A stretch of DNA of 56,633 bases, from NCBI GenBank assembly GCA_002104905.1, contig MCFE01000577.1, positions 1 to 56,633 of the forward strand, read 5' to 3'. A model generated the notes under the pieces. The model had not been told where the DNA came from, did not search any database, and saw only the letters and a program-made list of their open reading frames with translations. This stretch comes from Basidiobolus meristosporus CBS 931.73. Its lineage: Eukaryota; Fungi; Basidiobolomycota. A program made the translations under genes and the position numbers. Below, one piece after another: positions 36,074-47,130 of this stretch (positions are counted from its first letter, which is position 1; every line of letters starts with the position of its first letter).

Positions 36074-36807
36074 AGAACTGTTCCGTTGGATAGTTCCACA
36101 TTGAGCCATGAGTGCCAAATAGTGCCATAGTGTGCCTGAGAGTCATAGCAGACCTAAACTTGGCCACAGAGTGTGGCATATAGTTCTTCATATTCATGCA
36201 AAGCAGCCCCTGTGTTTCACCTACGTTGCAGGAGAAAATCAATTTTTTAACCTTTTTTTTGGGATCAAAATTGTGCATGACATAAAAGAGCACAGACAGA
36301 CTAAAGATATTGATCTGGTACATAATACCCATGGCACTCTAAATCTAGCCCCAGAGGCTTGTAGCATGTCACAAAAATGCATGGCATTATCTTGGTCCAC
36401 TGGTACTATCTGGCACTATATTTAAATTTAAGCCCTAAAGTAAAACCTATACAAAGCACTTATAGTGCCAGATAGTACCAGTAAACCAAGATAATGCCAT
36501 GCATTTTTGTGACATGCTACAAGCCTGTGGGGCTAGATTTAAAGTGCCATGGGTATTATGTACCAGATCCATATCTTCAGTCTGTCTGTGCTCTTTTATG
36601 TCATGCACAATTTTGATCCCAAAAAAAAGGTTAAAAAATTGATTTTCTCCTGCAACGTAGGTGAAACACAGGGGCTGCTTTGCATGAATATGAAGAGCTA
36701 TATGTCACACTCTGTGGCCAAGTTTAGGTCTGCTATGACTCTCAGGCACACTATGGCACTATTTGGCACTCATGGCTCAATGTGGCACTATCCAACGGAA
36801 CAAGTCT
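36074..36807. mobile_element. Foldback MITE (734 bp), TSD ATT
   Basis: Arms 36074-36420 and 36461-36807 with about 11 mismatches in 347 bp by eye; 40-bp spacer; ATT at 36071-73 and 36808-10. Confidence 0.93.
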
Positions 36808-36869
36808 ATTATGCCAAGAATTTGTCTCTTTCAACTTGACTCAATTGGATATATATATATATCTCACTC

Positions 36870-37264
36870 TGGCACAATATTCAAATATGATCCCTAAAGT
36901 CAAACTTATATGAAACACTTATAGTGCCAGATAGTGCCAGTGGACCAAGATAGTGCCATGCATTTCTGTGACATGTTACATGCCACATGACACAGATTTC
37001 AAGTGCCATTGGTACTTAGCACCAGATGCATGTCTTCAGTCCTTATGACTTCTTTCACATCCTGCACAACATTAATCCAAAAACAGGTCAAAAAATAGAT
37101 TTTCTCCACCACAACAGGTGAAACATAGTGGTTACTTTGCATGAAGATGAGGAACTTTGCTTCACACTCTGCAGCCAAGTACTGGTCCAATTGGCCCCCC
37201 TGGCAAACTATGGCATCATTTGGCACTTGTTGCTCAATGTAGCAGTATCCAATGGAACAAGTCT
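36870..37264. mobile_element. Truncated foldback MITE (spacer plus one arm)
   Basis: Spacer similar to 36421-36460, followed by an arm ending CAATGGAACAAGTCT. Confidence 0.85.
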
Positions 37265-37549
37265 TATGTCTGTCTTATGCTGGATAAACCAACTCTTGCC
37301 AATAAGTAGGCTGTTAGCTGCAACAGGTAGGCCCACAACATCTTGGTGTATAATCAGGTTATCTAGCCAGATGGGGCAATTAGGTACTATGCCTACTGTT
37401 ACATCTAGTAGGCTGATTGCTAGCCATACTTGCATAGTGTTGTTGGGGACTATGTCTTATTTTAGTGATTTTGCTAATGTCACTGACATGATCAACATAG
37501 AGGAATCTGTGCAGATGAAGAATACCTTCATTTTCTTTGCATACCTTTA

Positions 37550-38930
37550 TGTGGTACCCTCAATTGGCTTTCTTAGGACCATCTGGTTGACATGAAGGTT
37601 ATTATCCCCTTCAATCCCTTTAGCAATTCTTTGACTAGAGCCAGGCCAAGTCCCAGTGTATTGGTTACTGGCAGGGTTGCCTTGGGTTGCTCTAGTACCT
37701 TAATTATAGGGAATAGGCTATGGGAGGACATACCAGTGCTCCTAGTTTGCTTAAATACTTCTTCCTAAGGCTCCTCCTCTACTTTCTCACTTACTTCCAT
37801 ATTCTTTCCCTTCAACAAAGTTGCCAATATGGGTTCCTTTGCCTCCCCTCTAGAGGCATCATGTCAACACTTCTTCCACACTTTGACTGTTCTGACCAGA
37901 GTGCTTGAATTGATTGAGACCTGCCAGCCTCCTGACAAGGGACTCTGTCTATTGAAGCCTTCTACTCCTGTGTTTCCAGTACAGGTTCTTGTCTGTATTA
38001 CTTTTCACATCTCTGGGCTCTGTGGCCTACTTCTCCATATACATAACACAGATACTATTGTTGTTGTCACTACATCTGTTGGGTCAGGGCTTGTACCTGT
38101 ACCTTTAGATCTATGTCAGCATTGCAGAGCTTATTGCCTTCTCTAGGAACTTCTTGACATTGTTGATCAAGAGTTCTTAGACCTTTTGATGTAATCCCTA
38201 TAACTCACAGTCTTTTAGGGAGGCATTTTTCCTTTCTTGCATAAGCTCCCCATTCTTTGATCACACATATCACAATAGGGTAACCCCTGTAGCAAAATGA
38301 CCCCTCTGACTTGTTTGACTCACTCTTGCAGCGTTTTACATCTCTGTTGCTCTTTGGGTGCCTTATGTCTTATTTGTTGTCTAAGCCCATGATGTAACAC
38401 ATCATAAGCTGTGTTTGGCAATCTTGTTCTCTGGGAGACATCAAACATGTGGCAGAAAAAGTGCAGTGTTGGCTTTGTAGCTTTCACTGCTTGTTTCTGT
38501 GAAGACAGTAGAAGGGCTTCATAGTGGTATCCTTTGGCATACAGAAAGTTTGTCTTGTAGACTTCTTCCAGTGCATCCCAGTCACCTTTTGTTACATCTT
38601 CTAGCCTATAACACCATTGCCATGCCAACCCTTCCATATGTCTTGCAAACTCCCTTAGTTTCTTATTGTTGTCTCATCCTGCATCAGCCATAACTCTCTC
38701 AAACTTATTGAGCCACTCAAGGGCTTTCTCAATCTTCCCTTTGTATGATCTCAGATAGATTGTTGTAGTCATTACCTCACATGTGCTTATTTCTGCAGAG
38801 ACAACATCAGATCTGTGGGTTATTACTGACTGCACTTGGTAGTTTGGAGAGCTGGTAGGTCAAGTCAGTACCACTTGGCCCAGAATATCTTTCAATAGAA
38901 GGTAGCAAGGCAAAGAGACTTTTAATTATT
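37550..38930 (-). pseudogene. Gypsy gag (and probable protease tail) remnant
   Basis: EWLNKFERVM...FARHMEGLAWQWCYRL...DWDALEEVYKTNF is retrotransposon gag-like. Its 5' part continues at 42223+ and is homologous to ~35940-36070 plus 36811-36870. Confidence 0.65.
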
Positions 38931-39569
38931 AGACTTGTTCCATTGTAGCATGCCAGGGCGCGTGGTGCAATCTGCGGTTGTAAAGAGCAATTGGGCGCAA
39001 TATTATAGCAACCAGAAGGCAGGATTGTTCTTGGACAATTTTGCACTATGTGGGACAATCTCACACACTATGGCACAATCTGACACAATGAGGTTGGCAC
39101 GGATGATTGCGCCAACTTGTAATGTTTGCATCACATGCGCAATTGGATACCGCTTTTATGGCAGCTAAAATCCGGTATTTGGATGTGTTGCTTTGATGTA
39201 AATGGAAATAAATGCGTATCACACTATAAACTACACTGATACTTACCATTTTGGCTACCATCACTCCAATTGGATGGTATCTTAGTGGTTAATTGGTCCA
39301 AAAGTATCCTGAAGTTGGCAGCCCCCAGTTGGCTCATTGACTACAGAACAAGCTACCTGATTTGCCATCAAATATCCCATTTTGCCCATTGAGCAAGTAT
39401 ATCCCTGATCCTAGTGATTGGATAAGGTGTCATAGCTAGCACTCAAGCAATTGGGTAGGTGCAAAACAGATCCAATAGCTGCACTGGTATTACAGATGAA
39501 GTATATATATGCAGGGTGTTTATCTATTGGGGCTCTGTCTCAAATGTGGGACAACCGTGATATTACTTA

Positions 39570-40912
39570 TATCAAAAATTTGATGATCACTGATTTGCAA
39601 TGGCTCAATTTGGATTGCAAAAAAAATGGGTTGCTGGGATCATTACAAATAATAGCAATACAAGGCAATTGCATCATCTTCTCCTGGGTTTTTTTTCGCA
39701 CAGGGATTACTACTGAAGCATTTGGCAGTGACTCACCTTGCACACCTACACTAATTCCTGGCTGACTATCATCTTGGCTACTTGTGTATTTGTAGTCAAT
39801 ATTTTGCCTCCTGGTTGATGAGTGCAATGATGCAGCTTGGCTGTGCTGAATTGCTCCAACTGAACTGGCCTGGAATGCCACACACTGATGCGTTCTTTAC
39901 TTGCCAAGGGCTCAGGTGGTTGAGGCACTTCATGTTGGTCATCATCAGTCAGTTCACCAGAAGTAACACGCTAATGGTCAGGCAAAACAGCATGCGCAGG
40001 CGTAACTTGACGTGTTGAGATGGCCCTTGGCTGAGTTCAATGTGATGCTGCAAGTTGACGCAACTTGGTCTGCTCCAATGGACTTGTGTCTAAATGAGCA
40101 GTTTGGCAAGTTCTGGTAGTTTTGCTCTGAAGTGGGCACGTTGACTCAATGAGAGTTGACTTGATGCAGGGCATTCTGGTAAAGGGTGTTGGCATAGTCT
40201 GGACTGACATGCGCCAGCATGCTGTAGTTGCAAGAGATGGTAAGGAATCCAGTGAGGCATGCTGGCGCAATCTGGACAATGTTGCTTGCAGTCTGTATTC
40301 TTCCTCCTGAAGCTCACCATCTGATTCCTCAAAGTATTCACTTACCCTCTGTCTGATACTTTGGAGCTATTGCCTGGATGAGTCCTGTGTATATTGCTCT
40401 TCAAAGCCACTTAGCTCTACTAACATATCACATAGTACATTAGTCATTTGAGGCAAAAACTCATTCAAAATCTCTTTGGTTCCCAAAGTTGAGGCACAAA
40501 CGGACGCATCCAGCCCATACTGTGCAAATTGCACGCGGAATTGTTCCTGCGTGGCTTCTTCATCTAATCCCCTCACTCTCAGCTCATTCTTGATTTCAAT
40601 ACTTGTCTTGTTATATGTCTTCTTACATACATTGGCTGGCATCTTGATGTAGAACTCATGCCACAGCTTTCTACTCAAATTCTTCCCTCTTTGTTGACTC
40701 TCTGAGGTATCTAGTTCTGCTAGATTAATCAGTAGTGCCCAAATATCTGTATGAAGGCTCATCATAGACACTTGGGCCATACTAAAATCATTTGGCAAGA
40801 ACTCAAACTGATCCAACATCAACTTTTCTGGTCCGGACCGCACTTGTGAACTGGGGGATGGGTTTTGTCTGTGTTGTACTAAAGATGAGTTGAGACTTGG
40901 TATGGGGGCCAT
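39570..40912 (-). pseudogene. ORF2 of copy C
   Basis: ORF-track pieces 40367-40912, 40037-40279 and 39567-39881, colinear with copy B ORF2. Confidence 0.75.
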
Positions 40913-41270
40913 AGCAGCAGATTTGGATACTTATACAGCAGTATATTGGCATCTACCTGGTCTTATATGAAATATATGTGAAAACTAATGAGATTATCAA
41001 ATTCTCCATATATTATGCATGATGCATCTTAGATTGCATTGACATGAATCAGATCATATCAATTGCAGATTTCCTATTTGATTATAGATCTCTGAGTAAA
41101 GCATCAATAAATGTACCAAGGCATTGTTTGCGGATGATTTTTGCAACATAATGATGGGATACATGGCAATTGATGGAGATTTAACCATAATGCATTAAAA
41201 ATCAGATAAATAACTCAGATTGTGCCACATCAATTCAAACCACCTCCATACAATCATCCACCAATTTTAT

Positions 41271-42039
41271 TTGACTTACTTATCTGAATGGTCTTTTCTC
41301 ATCAATCCCATCACTACCACTGGATTTCCTTTTGACACACTAGAGGAGATCTATTCCAAGTACTGTGGACCATCTTCCCCATTCTACTCAAGGAGATCCC
41401 TTGTTAAGCTTCTCTGCTATCACAAGAGCTATTGCCCTACAAGGTTTCATCCCACCATCCAGACTTCCATATCCCAGAGTGTTCAGCAACAGGTTCAATA
41501 TCAGGAGTATTTTGGATACCTTCCCAATGAGGATTAACAGACCTTCTAGAGGGCAGAGGCACTTTTATTCTGGCAAGTACAAGGCACACTATGTGAAGTT
41601 TCAAGCACTGTCTGATATTGAGGGTAATGTCATCTGGTTTAGTGGGCCATTTGCTGGAAGTAGGCATGACAAAGCACTCTGGGTAGAGAATCATCCTGAA
41701 TTTGGTAGAGGGGAGAAATGTATGGCAGACTTAGCCTATATAGGTAAGGATTGTCACTGATTAAGATGTAATACAGCCCATAAGAAGCCAAGAAATGGTG
41801 TGCTTAGCAGGAAGCAGAAGCTCTACAATGAGATATTTAATCATTTCAGAGTGAGGGTAGAGCACACATTTGGATATCTCAAGAGATTCAGCATACTGAC
41901 AGGTAAATACAGAGGAATGTCTTATATAGGAGAAAACACCAGAATAGGTAAAATAGTTAAGATACTTATTAATGCACAGTATGCTCATACAAGAAGACAT
42001 CCACTGAGAGAAATGTGTCTGGAGCATTATGAAGAGTAA
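41271..42039 (+). pseudogene. DDE_Tnp_4-like transposase of copy C (internal deletion, start codon lost)
   Basis: YSGKYKAHYVKFQALSDIEG...GSRHD...ADLAYIG...RVEHTFGYLK; a deletion of roughly 0.1 kb at ~41460 relative to copy B. Confidence 0.88.
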
Positions 42040-42589
42040 ATAAAGCAAGGAAAGCACTATTCTGAGCAACATAAGTAAGATTGAGTAAAATTACCAGTGA
42101 CTGTATCATACCACTGGCATCATGGTAGAAATTATAGTACCAGATAGTGCTGTAGGGTGCCAGACTGATCCGGCACTAGAAACAGGCTGGCACTATGTGG
42201 CACTATCCAACAGAACAAGTCTATTATGTCAAAATACTTATCCCTTTCAACTTGTCTTGGTTGGATAAATGTATATTTCACTGACAGGGGCTTAAGTGAT
42301 AGACAATGTGTTGTAAAATAGGGGTGTGAGCACCTTTTTGTTATGGTAAGCATTCTAACTAGGTCAGGACTGGAATAGGAGGAAGGATGCTCTAGGTACT
42401 CCCAGGGAGGATACTGGGGAGACTTTGGGTAGGACCCAGGAGGAACTCTTGTGCAAAGAGTAGGCATTACCTTTAGTATTCACATACTGGAGGTCCATCA
42501 TATGTCTATAACATTTATTTGATGGATTATAGTTATTAACCCACAATGTATGCTGACTGGTGATACCAATTCTTGGCACTTAGGGGTCC

Positions 42590-42853
42590 TTAGCTTAGAG
42601 GATGATATTCCCATGTCTCCTTTCTATCTTCAAATTGAGTTCTTGACATGGGTGATACAATAGAGTTGGTTGATCCAGTATCCACTTGGGCTACATATGA
42701 TTGGTCATTTGGGGCAAGTGGCACCTTGATGGCCTTTAGATGTTTGATTGGATGCTTCTTCTCTGGAACAGTGGCAATTTTAGCCAGAAATTCAAAGAGG
42801 TTGTGATAATCATGAGCTGTAAGTTCTTTAAATGCTTCCTTGCCCCCTGTCAT
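42590..42853 (-). pseudogene. Retroviral-type aspartic protease remnant
   Basis: YVAQVDTGSTNSIVS contains the D-T-G motif. Confidence 0.55.
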
Positions 42854-42989
42854 ACCATTGGTGGAATGATCATCAATCAGCTGATGTCTTGGCAGCTGCT
42901 AAGTGGTTGGATTTATCTTGGATGACTACTTACTTGGAAAGGCTCAGCAGATCAGTTGAGGATGTAATAGCTACACAAAAATTGAACTC

Positions 42990-43500
42990 CTTGACATGTG
43001 ACTTCTTTCTTCTCTCAGTGTTGTCTTTAAAGGCAAAGGCATTGCTCTCTATGACATTATATCTGATTTAGCAGTTCTCTGCAATGGCAATACTTTTCTA
43101 TCTTTTGTAACTTCAGGTAGACACAGCAGTCTATCTTCAGAATAAAGATACGGCACTAAAACAAACTAGACACCCAAGATGTAGCAAGCTTAGGCTCATA
43201 ACCTGCTGAAATATTAGAGAAACATATTGAAAGTGTAATAGATAATTAGAAGATTTACATGATATTCACTTGTTGATTTATTGAGGTGCCACACAGTATT
43301 ATTAATTGTTGCAAAATTACATATATGTAACTATTTACTCATTATTAGCAGAGTCTCAGGAGTACATGTGTCAAGTCTTAGATTTTCCTAAAATTCTGAA
43401 CTTCACTAACTTCTAATAATTAACAAATATGTTACAAACAAGTTTCTGAGTTGATATTGTGAAATATGTCATCTAACTAAGTGCAAGTTCATAATATATT
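42990..43500 (-). mobile_element. Copia 5' remnant (LTR, PBS, decayed gag start)
   Basis: GGTTATGAGCC PBS at 43193-43203 (minus strand) next to a TG at 43207; boundaries approximate. Confidence 0.55.
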
Positions 43501-43519
43501 AATGATTGGGGGACCCCTA

Positions 43520-46500
43520 ATTATATCAGCAGCTACAAGTTGTGATATAGGAGTTGTAGAAGAACAGGGAGTTTAGCTAGTGGTGTATTAACTAAAATTT
43601 TAACTAATTGTAGTTGAGGCTCCAGCAGCTCCTTGTTTACATCTTTCCAGATCAACTGCTGACTAATAGTATATCCTAATATAGGTTATGGCTGATGACT
43701 CATTTGGTTATATCATCATCATCAACCAATTAGATCTCACTTAATATACATATTTCTCATTGATTAGGATCTGCTGATTCATCTGCGCACTAATACTACT
43801 GATTCAATAGATAATACTGATATACTAATAGGCTAAGAATATAACTAATTGATTTGACAAAAAATCTGATCTAACTTTGATGTTCAAGTGTGAGATCATG
43901 ACTAAATACTAGATTTCATAATGGAGTAAAATTGGCTAAATTTTGAATGTTAATGCACAACATTCATGAACTATTCCTTTCTGTCTGAAAGTCTTTTGCT
44001 TTGGATTTAGTAGTTTCTGCTGGTGAGGGAGCTTGACAGAATATTAAATTTCCAACACAGATTTGTTCCAGGTAGAGCATCCTAATAAAGTGGCTGCCCA
44101 GTTATTGTGGTACCTCTGTAAAGCTGCATCTGGCAAGTAATAATCTGCATAATACAACTAGCTTTCTGGGGATATTCCTTCAGCCTTTAAAGCTTCTTCA
44201 ATCTGAAATAGCCAAGTTTCCAGATTTTCATTCACTCTATCATGGTAACAAGTGACCTTCACACCAAAGTTGCTCTTGACAGGGCTTTGCAGACTCTGGT
44301 CCATGGTAGCCATCCCTTGTTGCTGCTGGCTTAGGATATGCAGTTACTGTTGCTGTTGGGCCAAAACATGCAGCATGGCATTCTTCCATTATTGGTTTTC
44401 TACCATCTTGAGGGAGGCTTTTTCTTTCCTGAGGAGGGAGGATTCAGGTTATTACAGCTAACAATATTACTAGTCTTGATGTAAGAGTTGTAGTAGAAAA
44501 GGGAGTTTAGCTAATATTGTATTCACTTAAACTGGAACTGATCTTGATTATGTTATGATCTGCTGCTTGAATGTTTAAGTTAGATCAGTTTTAGTCAAAT
44601 CATTTAGTATATGTTGAGGTTATCAGTATATCAGTATTATCTCTGAAATCAGTAGCATTAGTCAGCAAATGAATCTGCAGATCCTTATCAGACAGAAATA
44701 GATATATTAAGTAGGATCTTATTGGGTGATGATGATGCAATCAAATGAGTCATCAGCCACAACCTACATTAGGAAATACAATTAGTCAGCAATTGATCTG
44801 GCAAAATGTATATAAGGAGCTGCTGGAACCTCAATAAAAACCAGTTCAAGTTTTAGTGAATACAATACTAGCTAAGCTCCCTATTCCTCTACAAGTCTTA
44901 TACCAAGACTTGTAACAATTAAGGCTCCAGCAGCTTGTTACATATATCTTGTCAGATCAGTGGCCAACTTATTGTCTTTCCTAATTTAGGCTGTGGTGGC
45001 AGACTCATTCAATTACATCTTCATCAACCAATTAGAACTTACTTATTATACCAATTTCTGTCCATCAAAAACTGCTGATTCATCTGCCAACTAAACTACT
45101 GACTTAGTTGACAACACTGCTTTACTAATAGACTAAGTATAAAACTTATTGATTTGACTAAAAATCATACCTTAGTTAAACATTCAAGTGGCATATCATA
45201 GCAGCCACTGAACCTAATTCCTTTGTTAATGCATTGTTATGTGTGGACAACAAACTTGCCAGCACTGGTGATGATGATGTTAAAACCATCACAAACTGCA
45301 TGCCTACTTGTGGTACTGCATTTGCCACATATGTACCTGCCTGAGCAATAAAGTCTATCAGCAGCTTGCAGATATTTTTTTTGCCTACTTGATTGAGTGC
45401 CTGAGTAGTCTGCAGCATCACTATCTGTGGGCACACTGTCAACATGGCCATTTATAGTGAAGCACTTCTTGATGTGCTGAATGTTATAGCAAGCAGTTGT
45501 TCAGCCATGCTTCTACTGCTGTTTGTGGTGGATGTTGCATGTAACCAACACGATCACTATATGCAATAAGCATGTTGCAAATGTCTTGTAGAGATATTAT
45601 GTGATTGGAGGAACAAGTAGTTAAAGAGGTATTCACTTGATGATACATCAAATGTCAAAGTTGTGCTTACACTTTAGTCTTGGCAAGAGCTGTGCATGTA
45701 ATACACTCAAAAAGGTCCAAAACCATATGAGCAAAGCTTGAGGTTGTTTGGGTGGCTTTGTGCATATACATGTTTGAGGTGCCTGATAGTTTGGCCAAAA
45801 TTTTCTCAGCAAGTCCCAGCAGCAAGCTAGGTCATGATTCTTAAAGATCTGTAGGAAATCATTTACATGACTAAGCTAGGTTAATTGTAGGTTCTGCCAA
45901 ATAATGTCACAAAGTATCAGCCAGTTTATTATGTTGAATCAATCTGGCCACTTAGGGCAACAGCTAGTACTTTAGTATCTTCCAGGAAGCTAACAGTGGG
46001 ATAAAATTACTGATATTATAGCTAAATCTTAACTAGATTGCCAAGACCAGTGCTTTCTTGCTTTATTCAATTTTCAAATAAACCATATACATTTCTTGCA
46101 GTAGATGTCTTCTTGTATGATTGTATAATTGTACAGTGAATTATCCAGTCTCTTAACTATTTTAGATATTTTGTGGCTTTTGTCTATATAAGCTTTCCTC
46201 TATATTTATTGGTAACTATGCTAAGTTTCCTGGATATCCAAATACATACTCTACACTTACTCTGAAATAGTTAATTATCTTCTTACAAAACTTTGGCCCC
46301 CTGCTAAGCACTCCATTTTTTGGCCTCCTATAAACTGGGATACTTCCTGATCTCCAGCAGTCCTCTACTATAGAAGTTAAGTCTGTCATAAACTTCTCTT
46401 CCCTGTGGTGCTCAGAATGGCCTCCCACCCAGAGTGCCTTGTCATGCCTACTTTCAGCAAAAGACCAACTAATCCAGATGACACAGCTTTCAGTGTCCAA

Positions 46501-47130
46501 TTGTGCCTGAAATTCACACTATTTGCCTCCTATTTGTCAGAATAAACTCACTTCTTCCCTCCAGAGGTCTGTCAATCCTCACAGGAAAGGTATTCACAAT
46601 ACTGCTGTCACAAGACCTGTTGCTAAACACCCTTGGGTAAGAGAATATGCTGGAATATCTGAGTCTAGTTCTCTAAGCTTGATCCAAGTTACTTATACCC
46701 TCTGTACCAACATATCTACTGCTGCTAGCTCTCTTCAACCCAAATCTTAGATAATCAAAAGGCCATACACTTGTTGCTAAAAGTCTACTGTACAAGTCTT
46801 GATATAGGTTCTGTGTAAGTATCAAGAATTTAGCTAGTATTGAGTTTGCTAAAACCCAAACTGAATCACACTGAGGCTCCAGCAGCTCCTTAAATACATT
46901 TTGTCAGATGAACTGCTGACCAACTGTATATCCTAATGTAGGTTGTAGCAGATGACTCAATCAAATGGATTGCCACCACTCATTTGATCATGCTTAATAT
47001 ACCTTTTTAGATTGATAGGGATCTACTGATTTGTCTGCTGACTAATAATACTCACTTGATAGAATATACAGATATATTGAAAGCTAAACATCCATATAAT
47101 TGATTTGACTAAAAACTAATCATACTTAAC
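43520..47130. repeat. Four copies of a ~350-440 bp non-coding, MITE-like repeat (43520-43900 +, 44468-44914 -, 44920-45200 +, 46790-47130 +)
   Basis: Shared blocks GAGGCTCCAGCAGC, GATGACTCA, CTGCTGATT and ATTGATTTGAC. The 44468-44914 copy has ~80-bp imperfect terminal inverted repeats. Confidence 0.75.
46050..46830 (-). pseudogene. Highly decayed fourth copy (D) of the PHIS transposase
   Basis: WISWSFAESRHDKALWV...KFMTDLTSIVED...YRRPKNGVLSR...FRVSVEYVFGY aligns to copies A-C. Confidence 0.8.

Larger units (their letters stand above)
38931..42222. mobile_element. PHIS/Harbinger-related DNA transposon copy C (opposite orientation to A and B), TSD ATT
   Basis: TIRs AGACTTGTTCCATTG and CAACAGAACAAGTCT; ATT at 38928-30 and 42223-25; 3292 bp. 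Confidence 0.93.
33030..43962 (-). mobile_element. Decayed chromovirus-like LTR element with nested inserts, 5-bp TSD TTCAT
   Basis: 3' LTR 33030-33695; 5' LTR remnants at ~42870-42980 and ~43900-43962; TTCAT at 33025-29 and 43963-67; same LTR family as 859-1481. Confidence 0.72.
25350..44460 (-). mobile_element. Decayed Ty3/Gypsy element (Gypsy-2), split by three insertions
   Basis: gag N-terminus ~44460-43963 (NENLETWLFQIEEAL); gag zinc knuckle CFNCHKLGHISKYC and IMIDSGA protease ~33029-32300; RT ~32200-31255; RNase H 26936-26713; integrase zinc finger (GHFRIEGTY...KTCPSCQ) 25954-25415. Reading frames continue across the insertions at 26003, 27029 and 33030. Confidence 0.82.

Noticed and set aside
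36072-36839. Twin ~90-aa ORFs on opposite strands (36072-36332, 36549-36839)
   Set aside because: A by-product of the MITE palindrome; the frame is not kept in the other MITE copies.
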